A DNA stretch of 64,000 nt from Candidatus Bathyarchaeota archaeon (GTDB lineage: Archaea; Thermoproteota; Bathyarchaeia; Bathyarchaeales; WUQV01): assembly GCA_021158125.1 (NCBI GenBank), contig JAGGVF010000006.1, positions 50,938-114,937 of the forward strand. The letters are read 5' to 3'. The notes under the pieces were generated by a model. The model ran no database searches. It was given only the letters and a program-made list of their open reading frames with translations, and was not told the origin of the DNA. This document shows positions 9,582-19,400 of the stretch, piece after piece. The position numbers were made by a program, and so were the translations under genes. Position 1 is the first letter of the stretch. Each line of letters starts with the position of its first letter.

Positions 9582-9657
9582 ATAATTTTGACCGTTAGCA
9601 GTTCGTAGAAGCGTAATGAATATATAAGTAGATAACAACATATCTATCTTGATACAA

Positions 9658-9822
9658 ATGGGCCAAATAAACCTCAAAATAGACGATAATCTCGAAAAAG
9701 AATTTAGAAGGGTTGCTGCAGAGAAATTCGAGGCTAAGAAGGGATTTTTAAAGAAGGCAATAGAGGAAGCAATTAGAGATTGGATTCGAAAAAACAGCCA
9801 AAGAGGCACCAAAAATGTCTGA
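9658..9822 (+). CDS. ribbon-helix-helix (CopG/Arc-like) protein; candidate R-M controller
   Basis: MGQINLKIDDNLEKEFRRVAAEKFEARKGFLKKAIEEAIRDWIRKN shows a beta-strand then two helices, as in RHH proteins. Stop overlaps the methyltransferase ATG (ATGTCTGA). Below the track cutoff. Confidence 0.6.
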   Translation: MGQINLKIDDNLEKEFRRVAAEKFEAKKGFLKKAIEEAIRDWIRKNSQRGTKNV

Positions 9823-10798
9823 AAAATATATAGATATGAAAGAAGTGACGTTTCAGGACTATAAAGAGTTTGTTAAAACGCATAAAGAAGTAACTATAGA
9901 AAACGTTAAAATAGAAATTGGACGGCCTAAAAGAATTAAGGAATTTCAGCCAAAATTTTTCGAGCTTGAAAGAACTAATGTATGGTCATTTCCAGACAGA
10001 GGAAAATGGGCGACTCACAGAGGAAATTTCAGAGGAAACTGGCCGCCTCAAATGGCAAGAAACATCATCATCAGATACTCAAAACCTGGTGAATGGATTT
10101 TAGACCAAATGTGTGGTTCGGGCACAACTTTAATAGAATGTAAGCTACTTGGCAGAAACGCCATTGGTGTAGATATAAACCCAGAATGTATAATGCTCAC
10201 GTTAGATAGGCTCAATTTTGAATATACTCCGCTTGATCTTGATTTTCCAAAAGTGAAAATTAAGACATATGTCGGAGATGCGAGGAACCTAAATCTTATT
10301 GATGACGATTCGGTAGACCTTATAGCTACTCATCCGCCATATGCTAGCATTATTCCATATTCCAAAAAGAAGAAGATTCCGGGTGATATCTCCAAAGTTC
10401 ACAGCATAGATGAGTATATTGATGCTATGAGAGAAGTTGCAAAGGAAAGTTTTAGGGTATTAAAACCGGGAAGATATTGTGCAATATTGGTGGGAGATAC
10501 GCGGAGGCATAGGCATCACGTTCCAATAGCGTTTAGAGTTATGCAAGCATTTTTAGATGTGGGCTTCATACTTAAGGAAGATATAGTAAAGTGTCAGTGG
10601 AAAACGAAAGTTACAAGGGAAAAATGGGAGGGGCTTTCCAAAACATCAGATGAATGCTGGGTGGATATTGACAGAAAGGCAAGAAAGGGACGGTACACAG
10701 ATTTCTACCTACTCTACTATGAGCACTTATTTATTTTCAGAAAACCTGAAGAAAATGAGGATGTTAAAAAATATAGAGATAGTATGAAGTGGTGGTAA
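9815..10798 (+). CDS. SAM-dependent DNA methyltransferase (N6-A/N4-C type)
   Basis: Motif I ILDQMCGSGTTLIECKLLGRNAIGVDIN and motif IV DLIATHPPY. Divergent from the DpnII-like nuclease gene. Confidence 0.85.
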   Translation: MSEKYIDMKEVTFQDYKEFVKTHKEVTIENVKIEIGRPKRIKEFQPKFFELERTNVWSFPDRGKWATHRGNFRGNWPPQMARNIIIRYSKPGEWILDQMCGSGTTLIECKLLGRNAIGVDINPECIMLTLDRLNFEYTPLDLDFPKVKIKTYVGDARNLNLIDDDSVDLIATHPPYASIIPYSKKKKIPGDISKVHSIDEYIDAMREVAKESFRVLKPGRYCAILVGDTRRHRHHVPIAFRVMQAFLDVGFILKEDIVKCQWKTKVTREKWEGLSKTSDECWVDIDRKARKGRYTDFYLLYYEHLFIFRKPEENEDVKKYRDSMKWW

Positions 10799-11393
10799 TA
10801 ATGAACTATAAAGAAGACATAGACTGCATCAAATTTTTAATGGAAAGTGTTATAAAACTCAGGACAATTGAAAAACAAAGTTGTCACAATACGCAAGGGC
10901 CTTCTCACAAAGTTCCTCAGCACTTTCAAAGTATTCTGCATCAATTTTGTGTATTTTAATTGGGCCTCCTAGTTAAAGAGGATAGCTACGCCCCTCGCTT
11001 GATAAGAATGACAGATAGATTAATTTTTTCTAGCTAAAGAACTTTGGCAGTAGAACTTTTCTGCTTGAACTGTGCGTTAATAGAGAGAAATGAAAAAGCA
11101 AAGGCATGGGGCATGAAAATTAAAGGCTCTTAGTAAAAACACTACTTGGTAGTCTTAACGTCTAATATTAAGAATCATTCTGGAAAGCCTGAATTTGACT
11201 AATTTCTTTATGTGTTTATTTAGATTATGCTTATGGGGTTTAAGAATTATATGGATTAAAGAGAAAGAATATTTTCGGTTCTCTCCGACCGTCTATGTTC
11301 TACTTGTTGTCCACAGGTTATTTTCTTTGCTTGTTAAAACTGAATTTAAGCATAAAGGCTAATAACATTTACACTTACACATAGGATAGAAGG

Positions 11394-12233
11394 GTGCTAA
11401 TTATGGTAAACTGGTGGATTGCAACAGGCCCACCAAAGTATTGGGAAATTGCTTTTGCATTCGGTAAAATTTGGGGAGTTAGGGCTGTTAAAATACTGGT
11501 TACTCGATGGAAGAAGTTGTCTGAAGGCGATAAAATACTTTTTTATGCAACGAAACCTGTAAGTGGTGTGATTGGGTACGGTATAGTTCGAACAAAGTTT
11601 AAACAGGACAAACCTCTCTGGCCGCGGGAAGTCAAAGAAGGAAAGGTCATATGGCCTTACAGATTTGAGTTCGATGTTGAATATGTTATTCCGCAAGATG
11701 AATGGATGACTCGGAAAGTCACTTCGGACTATATTAGTGCGTCCGCAAGAGGAGCTTTTCAAAAAGTTAAGGAAAGCGAAGCCGAAAAAATTGTTCAGAT
11801 GTTAACTGCCAAACCGCCTAAACCAGAAAAAGGGCGACGTTTGAACGTGCATGACCAAGTCATAGACAAACTCATTGAAATCGGCAAAATTCAAGGATTT
11901 ATAGCTGAAAAAGAGTACAATATGAATGGCGAAAGATTAGATGTTGTATGGAGAAGGGTAGAGAGAGGTGTTCCGACATATGTTTTTGAGGTTCAAGTTG
12001 GCGGAGACCCATATCATGCCATTGCGAAACTCAAACATGCACATGACCTTTGGAACAGCAATATATTCATAATTCTAACAGAAAAAGACGTTGCTAAAGT
12101 TCAAAAGCTTTTAACAGGAACATTCCACGAAATTCAGGGCAAAATTAAATTAATTGATGTAGAAAAAATAAAAAAGTTATTCGAACTTAAAAGGGCTTAT
12201 AAGGAGTTCGAACAGCAAATAGGTATTTCATAG
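11394..12233 (+). CDS. EVE/PUA-like domain fused to a PD-(D/E)xK-like domain (candidate modification-dependent nuclease)
   Basis: N-terminus WWIATGPPKYWEIAF...GDKILFYATKPVSGVIGYGIV...WPYRFEF is an EVE-type pattern. C-terminus has ERLDVVWRR...TYVFEVQVGG, a D...E-x-Q/K core. Confidence 0.6.
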   Translation: MLIMVNWWIATGPPKYWEIAFAFGKIWGVRAVKILVTRWKKLSEGDKILFYATKPVSGVIGYGIVRTKFKQDKPLWPREVKEGKVIWPYRFEFDVEYVIPQDEWMTRKVTSDYISASARGAFQKVKESEAEKIVQMLTAKPPKPEKGRRLNVHDQVIDKLIEIGKIQGFIAEKEYNMNGERLDVVWRRVERGVPTYVFEVQVGGDPYHAIAKLKHAHDLWNSNIFIILTEKDVAKVQKLLTGTFHEIQGKIKLIDVEKIKKLFELKRAYKEFEQQIGIS

Positions 12234-12316
12234 GTAACAAAGGTAATTTTATAAAAAATGGAATATTTTATCCTAAGCACAGTCAAGCCAATGTTCAAGA
12301 CCATGTCGCGAAGTAG

Positions 12317-12865
12317 TTATCTGCCCCTATAGCCAGCTGTTGATAAAATTTTATACAAATCAGTAGAATTCAAAAGGCTATTAACCACTCTACTAAACAT
12401 ATATGCTTGGGGGTTGTTAGTCTTTTCTTGTAACATTAGTAACTCCATTAAATGTGTCAAAAACTCTATGGAGAAGAAACCAGCAGCATTAAGAGGTTGG
12501 TAGCTTGTAATAAACTGTCCGCTCTGCGAGTATACCAGATTTCTTAAGATTGTTTGCATTTGTCTATTCGGAAGAGGAGTTATTTGGTTCCATCGGGTCA
12601 GCATATCATTTAAAAAAGCATTAGTAAGCCCGGGGTTACTAAATTTTTTAATAAGAATATCAACTGCCCAATGAATATGTTTTGGTGTTCTTATTTTTGA
12701 TCTTGGGATATTATAATCTCTAAATTTTATCCATATATCATTTTGGCTTATTGTGCCTGGAAAAACATATATCCACAACCCGTTGCCGAAATCTATGTCT
12801 AAGATAGAAGTTATGTTTTGGTTATTTTGTCTAATGCGTGTACATCCAGGAATATATCTAGGCAT
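12317..12865 (-). CDS. hypothetical protein
   Basis: 182-codon ORF with an ATG start. No recognisable motif. Confidence 0.45.
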   Translation of the reverse strand: MPRYIPGCTRIRQNNQNITSILDIDFGNGLWIYVFPGTISQNDIWIKFRDYNIPRSKIRTPKHIHWAVDILIKKFSNPGLTNAFLNDMLTRWNQITPLPNRQMQTILRNLVYSQSGQFITSYQPLNAAGFFSIEFLTHLMELLMLQEKTNNPQAYMFSRVVNSLLNSTDLYKILSTAGYRGR

Positions 12866-13091
12866 TAAACATCAATTAGAAGAGATTCCCTTTATGTTTT
12901 TCTATAGAAAATGAATATAACAGCTTAATTGGAAATGCAAGGCTTGATACAAATTATTGTTTTATATTTTTGGACCAGTATTGCTAATAAACTTGATTTG
13001 AGATATCAGCTGAAAATTCAGAAAAATTAAAAGTTCAAAAAATGATTAAACTAATGTGTCTTCAAAGAAATAAAGGCGATAGGTTAGTCTA

Positions 13092-16000
13092 ATGATTGTT
13101 CTCCATTCTTCTTCTTTATTTGATTTTCTAAGAGAACATTTGCAGAAAAACCTGCAAAGGACCTTATCGAATCCCAGATTTTTAGTGATTCTGCCTAGCG
13201 ATATTGCAATTAATAATTTTAACTACGCGGTTATGAAGGAGGGAATTCCACAATATAATCTGGAAGCAATAACATTTGATGATTTAGCTGAAAAAATTCT
13301 TGATCCGGATAAGAAGCTAGGAATACGAATATTGGACAAACAAACTCTTAGTCAAATAATAGCTAAAATAATAGAGGAAGCTACTTCCGGACCATTGAAA
13401 GATCTTCAGAATATTCCTTATGAAAATCCTGAGACCCGGGAGTTTTTAGTTGAGGAATTTTATGAATACTTAAGGGGTACAGATGCAGGCAATTTGAGTT
13501 CCTTCTTAGAGAATATTGCTCGTAATTTAAGTGATCCTTTTGCTTCTAAGTCTGCAACACGAATTGTAGAAGCATTTAAGATTCTAGAACAAGAAAGCAT
13601 GCTGAAAGTTGAAAATTTGGGCATAAACGTGTTCTTGTCTAGAGCCCATTTGTTAAGAGAAGCTAGAGAAATGCTGAGTTCTCACTGGCCAGGAGTTCTC
13701 GAAGTACAAGAAGTTTTAATATCAGATATTTCCGTATTCGATGCAGTCATATTAAAACTAGTGGTTTCTATTGCAGAAACTGGTCGAAAACGGAATAATT
13801 CTTTCAAAGTTAGAATATTTCAAAGAAGTGGCACCTATAAACAGCTCAAAAAACGCTTAAAAAATGCTGGGGTTGCATTTGGAGAAGAGAATAAGAATGT
13901 AGACGAGTTTCTGGGGATAAAGATCCTAGAAAATTATTATAAGAAGGGCACTTTAAAACTTATCGCTGTACCTGAGCGAAGAAGAGAAGTTATAAAAGCA
14001 GCTGAAAGAATACGTGAGCTTCTTCTTAATGGTGTTAACCCCCGCGAAATTTTAATAGTAGCAAGAGATTGTGGAAAGTATCTCGATCTAATCTCCGAAA
14101 TTTTTCCTGCATTTGGTATTCCTTACTTCGTTCAGACCCGCAGACCTTACGCACATCTTTCTCCGTATCGTTTTGTAAAAGCTACCTTAGATTTACTTGT
14201 GTCAGCGGAACGAAAAGACGTTAAATGGCATGAAATAACTGACCCCCTCAGACTAGGATTTTGTTTACCTTCAAGCAGAAGAGGCTGGCCGGTAGGTTCT
14301 AAGCAATTCGTATATCTTGAAGAATCTTTGTCAAGGATCCAGCATAAAAGAAGGGATCCAATTTCGTTACAGGACTGGCAGCAACTAGTTCAAGATGGGC
14401 TTCATTGGGAGTATCCCAAGAGATTATTACTGAAATTTCTTGAATGGATACAAGTTCAACTATCTTCCCCTCCAAAAGACCCAAGAGAGGCACGTGAACT
14501 TATTGCTAAACTACTTGGGACTTATATGTTTCAACAAAGCACTTGGAGCCGCAAATCCTTTTCACCACGCGTACAAAATCAGGAAAGATTTAACATAGTC
14601 GGGTTGCATCCAACTCATTTCGCCGCAAGAATCAGAAACGAATTAATTGAAATGGAAAACTACATTAGGGATTGCATCAACGCCTTAGGTCAAACTTTGG
14701 ACTGGGAACTTATCTCAAGAGCTTTCGGAGAAGTTTTCGGGACAAAGACCTACGGTCTGCCTGAGCAAGACATGTCTGCAATTAAAGTTGTTGACGCGGG
14801 CAACACACAATTTCTGAAGGCAAAACATCTGTTATTGCTAGGCCTTAGAGCAGACGAGTTTCCAAGAAAGTGCCCAAAGGGAATATTCCTTCCGGATGAC
14901 TTGCGAAAGGCACTTGATGAACCGAAAAAAGGAGAGAGTGCATATCTATATTTGAGAAGTAAGTGGAGCGATTACGCTAATGAATTTGATTACTTAGAAA
15001 CTGTTCTTCAAACAGAACCTGAAACTATTTGGTGTTCTATGCCTTATCTGGATGAAACGGGACATGTTTGTGAGTGGTCTTCGTTTATTGATGCTTTGGG
15101 GCTCGACAAAAAGGAAGAACGAATTCTACCCAATGAATGGTTGCCTACTCCGGCTGAAAAAAAGTGGGGAGAAATGGCAAAAAATTATCCTCCATGGATT
15201 CGGCAAAGGCTTTACTGTTACCATACCTACAGAAGATTTCCCAACCTAGACCCTCCCATTGACGTAAAAGGGGTTGAAGAGTTAGCATCTACCTTGGAAC
15301 CTCATGTTTACCTCACTCACCTAAAAGATAGAATAGAAAGGTATCTATCACCGCCAATGGTGATTGAAGTTCATTGTGATGAGCCTTGGTTTAGTAGATG
15401 CCCTCTTTCAAGAATTATGGGCCCTCCCTTCAGAGCACATGAAATGGACCTCCATGCAATTTGCCCAATTCAATTGTATTTTTGGCAATTTCTTTTCTTA
15501 TGGAACGGAAACACAATTGATAGGGATACTATTCCACTATATTTCAAAACTCCGCACTGGAGGTACGGAAGACCTCCAAAAAGACTTTCTTATGTTTATC
15601 CTTCTACACGCACGAATCAAAGAATTAAGGAGATAATAGAACAAAGATTTCCCAGAAGGCAAGAATCATTTCTTCAGTTCTCTGACGAAGATAAACTTAG
15701 GGACTATTTGGCGACATTCTTATCAGAATTCGAGCAAACTCAGTTTGGCAATTTCTTAATAGATGAGTGGTTGCTTGTAAGACAGGAGAAAAAAGATAAT
15801 ATAATAAGGCAATGGAATTGGAGTGCAAAGAATAGAGCTGTGGAAATCGGGCTACATGAAAAAGTTCAGGTAGTATTACCTCCCCATCGTGCAGATAATC
15901 TTCAAGGCAGTAAACTCATTATTGCATATATAAATTTCAGTGGACAATTAAATGACAGAAATCGAGGACTTTTCTATCCTAAAAAGGGCAAAGTAGTCAA

Positions 16001-16406
16001 GAAAATCCAAGACCCTCTAAGAGATTACAGATTACCTATTCTTCTAACTTACTATTCAACTGTGGAAAAAATTGCTGGTGCCCTATATATTGAACTATTC
16101 AGTGGTAAAAGACTAGGCTATTACGACCAATCTTTGCTCGCAAAACACAAAGGCCCGCGGGGTTACGAAGAGGAGTTGAGAATGCCATGGGATAGAGATG
16201 CAAAAAGCAGAATGCAAGTGCTATATCCGTTAGAATGGAAAAGTATGATTAACCAGTTTACAGCTGCAATAGTGCAGCGTGTAAAGAAAATGTCTCCAAA
16301 TCCTCACCTTCGTTTTGAAGCACCGCCCAGAGATCAACTACTCCGTGTCTGCACGAGATGCGTGTACAAAGACCTTTGTCAAATACCTAGGGCAGAGGGG
16401 TTGTAA
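13092..16406 (+). CDS. AddB-like subunit: helicase-like scaffold without a Walker A, with a C-terminal Cas4/AddB-type Fe-S nuclease-like domain
   Basis: No GxxxxGK[ST] seen. C-terminal HAICPIQLYFWQF plus CTRCVYKDLC gives the four-Cys pattern of AddB/Cas4 nucleases. Stop overlaps the start of the AddA-like gene (TAATG). Confidence 0.65.
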   Translation: MIVLHSSSLFDFLREHLQKNLQRTLSNPRFLVILPSDIAINNFNYAVMKEGIPQYNLEAITFDDLAEKILDPDKKLGIRILDKQTLSQIIAKIIEEATSGPLKDLQNIPYENPETREFLVEEFYEYLRGTDAGNLSSFLENIARNLSDPFASKSATRIVEAFKILEQESMLKVENLGINVFLSRAHLLREAREMLSSHWPGVLEVQEVLISDISVFDAVILKLVVSIAETGRKRNNSFKVRIFQRSGTYKQLKKRLKNAGVAFGEENKNVDEFLGIKILENYYKKGTLKLIAVPERRREVIKAAERIRELLLNGVNPREILIVARDCGKYLDLISEIFPAFGIPYFVQTRRPYAHLSPYRFVKATLDLLVSAERKDVKWHEITDPLRLGFCLPSSRRGWPVGSKQFVYLEESLSRIQHKRRDPISLQDWQQLVQDGLHWEYPKRLLLKFLEWIQVQLSSPPKDPREARELIAKLLGTYMFQQSTWSRKSFSPRVQNQERFNIVGLHPTHFAARIRNELIEMENYIRDCINALGQTLDWELISRAFGEVFGTKTYGLPEQDMSAIKVVDAGNTQFLKAKHLLLLGLRADEFPRKCPKGIFLPDDLRKALDEPKKGESAYLYLRSKWSDYANEFDYLETVLQTEPETIWCSMPYLDETGHVCEWSSFIDALGLDKKEERILPNEWLPTPAEKKWGEMAKNYPPWIRQRLYCYHTYRRFPNLDPPIDVKGVEELASTLEPHVYLTHLKDRIERYLSPPMVIEVHCDEPWFSRCPLSRIMGPPFRAHEMDLHAICPIQLYFWQFLFLWNGNTIDRDTIPLYFKTPHWRYGRPPKRLSYVYPSTRTNQRIKEIIEQRFPRRQESFLQFSDEDKLRDYLATFLSEFEQTQFGNFLIDEWLLVRQEKKDNIIRQWNWSAKNRAVEIGLHEKVQVVLPPHRADNLQGSKLIIAYINFSGQLNDRNRGLFYPKKGKVVKKIQDPLRDYRLPILLTYYSTVEKIAGALYIELFSGKRLGYYDQSLLAKHKGPRGYEEELRMPWDRDAKSRMQVLYPLEWKSMINQFTAAIVQRVKKMSPNPHLRFEAPPRDQLLRVCTRCVYKDLCQIPRAEGL

Positions 16407-19400
16407 TGATGCTTCTTAAGAGGAATAAAACCCCAGAGCTGGAAAGTGATCAGAAATACGTGATGAATTGTTACTTGCGTCCTGGAGGGCGAGTATGTGT
16501 CGATGCTGGAGCAGGTACTGGAAAAACAACAGTGTTAATAGAGACTTTAGCAGAAACTGTACTTCGAGAGCTTCAAGGCAAGCCAGGTAATTTTAATCCT
16601 ATGGAAAGAATACTGGTAGTTTCTTTCGGGGTAGAAGCTTCGAGACAACTGAAATCAAGACTCAAAGAACGCTTAAGGGATCATGAGTCTGCAGGTGGCA
16701 TCTTACCAACGAATATTTGGCGATTTATTGAAACAGAATCTCATATCCAAACAATTGATGCTTTTCTTCAAGCACTTTTAAGGGAAATTGTTACTGAAAT
16801 TGGATTAAACCCCTCATTCGAGATATCTACGGGATTAGAGCAGGATAACCTTGTTGATGAAATCATAAACAAAATTCGCAATGACCCATCACTAGCACCT
16901 AAATGGTTTAGGCTCGAAAGAGCATTCCCCAACCTTGATTATTTAGAATATCCTCCTGAAAATCTTCGTGACATGATATGGAATACTCATCAAAAAGCAC
17001 GTGAATTTTGTCTTGATGTTAAAGAGGTCAAGAATCAACTTGTTTTTGCCGTTAAGAACTTAATTCATAAAGGGTTTGAACCTCCCTTCACAATAGATGC
17101 TCTCCAAAAGCTTGTGCAACAATTATCCAATAACACGTATGTCCTGACTTGTCCAGACCATCAGAAAGCGGCTATGATTGAACATGCTGAAGATGTTTAC
17201 AACTACAGCTTACAGCTCGCAAACGATTTTGGTGACTTATTAATAGCGTTCGATGAACAATACGATGCCATCTCGAAGAAAACGGGAAAATTAACTTACA
17301 TTGATGTTGCGTATTTAGTATGGCAGTATACCTTCAAGAAGGGAGGAAATGACTGGAAGACACGTTTGCAAAATAGGTTTGACCACATATTTGTAGATGA
17401 ATTTCAAGATACTAATTTTGTTCAATATGAGATAATAAAAAGTCTAATCCGTTCAGGACCACCTGAAAAACGGAATCATGTTATGTTTATCGGAGACTTG
17501 AAACAATCAATTTACCAATGGCGAAGTGCTGAGCCACAGATTTTTAGGGATCTTATCCTTTCTCTAAAACAAAAAACAGCCGCTGATTCGATCCCCGAAG
17601 GGATGACCTATGCTCCGCTCGTCTCAAATTTCCGAAGTCATCCAAAGCTTATTGACTTTTTCAATGGTGTCTTTTCGCAGTTATTCAAGGATAGGGCAAG
17701 AGGAGCAGTTTCAGGAGAAGTTCCTTATGAGGAATTAATAGCCAAGGTCGAACTGGCTTCTGATGATAATAAGCCCAGAGTACACATTTTAATAAATCCT
17801 GGTAGAACTGTGAGAGAATGGGTTGATTACGAAGCTCAAAAACTTGCTGCTATTATTCGAGGTATTCTCCAACCAAACTCAGGCATTCTTGTACATGAAG
17901 AAAACAAGACCAGACAACCATATGCTGGAGATATTGTCCTTTTGTTCCGCAGAAAAGAAAACATACCTAGGTACGTTAATGAATTAAGGTCTTCTGGAAT
18001 AAACTGTGCGATCCAGACCGACGTATCATTATTCGGTGAACCCGAAGTATCCTTGATTATTGATTTTCTAGATTGGCTAGCTAACCCTGATTCAAGAGAA
18101 TCAATCACTCGAATTTTACGCTCCCCTATAATAGCTCTAAGCGATAAAACTTTGAGATACCTTGCGAGCAAACGTTTCTTTTTAGTAAAGGCGTTAAATG
18201 ACTGGAAGCCAGAGTTCAATTTACCTGAAGAAGACAAAAGAAGACTTATTGAACTGCTGAAATTCCGTGAAGACTTGAGATGGGACAGAGAAGGCCCTAA
18301 AGCAGCTTTAATTGAACGGATTATAGCACATGGCTATTTTGATTCAGTCGTATTAACTTCGGAAGACGGATTGCAAGCCCAAGCCAACCTATGGATGCTG
18401 ATCGAAGTTGTTTCTTCATGGGAAGAAGAAGAGCTTTTGTCTTACCGAGATTTCATAAAGACACTAAAGGCACTCCGTGATAGAGCATATAGAGGAGTTG
18501 AAAAAGATTTTCCAAGAGCTATTCTTGCAGATGAAAAGACTAAAGATTCAGTAAAAGTAATGACAATTCATGCAGCTAAGGGGCTGGAATTTCCAATAGT
18601 TATAATACCTGAAAGTATTGTGCATGCTCGTGAATCAGTTAGAAATGAAAGAATTATAAGGAACCGAAGAAGCGGCATTATTTTAAGACCAAGAGCAGAA
18701 CACACTTATTTACCTTCCGATGTCCAGATAACAAATGTAAACAACAATAAACATATTTCCTGGGTCGGCAGAGGAGACGAAGAGGCAATACTTTGGCTAT
18801 CACCAGAAAGGAGCACTGAAACTGGGCTTTTTGTTACAGATAGCCCGATTCACCAAAATGTTAAAAATGATGTAGCTGAATTTTGGAGACTCTTATACGT
18901 CGCCGCCACCAGAGCAAAGGATCATCTAATCTTTTCTATCGGGAATGATGACCGATGGGAAAAATATGAATGGAATTCATGGATGCGATTTCTCCGAACC
19001 TCTTTGAATCTAATTGATGTTCAAGCTGCGAATGGGAACACAAGCAAAAAAGTTGAGTTGGCCTCAAAGCAAATCGAGATAGGTATCGAAGACCTCCCGA
19101 GCGTGCCTCCCCCAACTCCCGCCCCATTCTTAGATAAGCCCATTCCAAATGGCAAGAACGCCGAGTATAAAAGTGGTTGCCCTAGTTTTGTTCCTTCGCA
19201 GATTAATCCTTCAGAATTCCCAATTTTTCTAGAATGCCCAAGACGTTATCAATACGCAGCAATCTGGCGGACAAGCGGATTACGAGAATCTTCATTAACA
19301 GCAGATGCCAGCGGTGCACAACCTCCATGTACAAAAAGTGGAAAAATGTCTGCTGATGAATGGGGTGACCAAGTCCATAAGGCATTGAGACTCTGGGATT

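Noticed and set aside
9537-9812. 91-aa minus-strand ORF
   Set aside because: It overlaps, in antisense, the well-formed RHH gene (9658-9822), which is translationally coupled to the methyltransferase. The minus ORF translation is low complexity.
10801-10959. 52-codon ORF immediately after the methyltransferase stop, plus a start-less antisense reading KIHKIDAEYFESAEELCEKALAYCDNFVFQLS
   Set aside because: There is no family signal, and the more protein-like antisense frame has no start codon. It may be a gene remnant in the 600-bp non-coding stretch, but that is not supportable.
17836-18237. 133-aa antisense ORF within the AddA-like gene. Similar cases: 1507-1821, 3916-4134, 14299-14493, 20496-20831, 34596-34994, 45069-45464, 46117-46557, 56271-56690, 59658-59927.
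   Set aside because: All lie opposite ORFs with strong family motifs. They have low-complexity Ser/Leu/Phe-rich translations typical of antisense frames, and they lack convincing start contexts.
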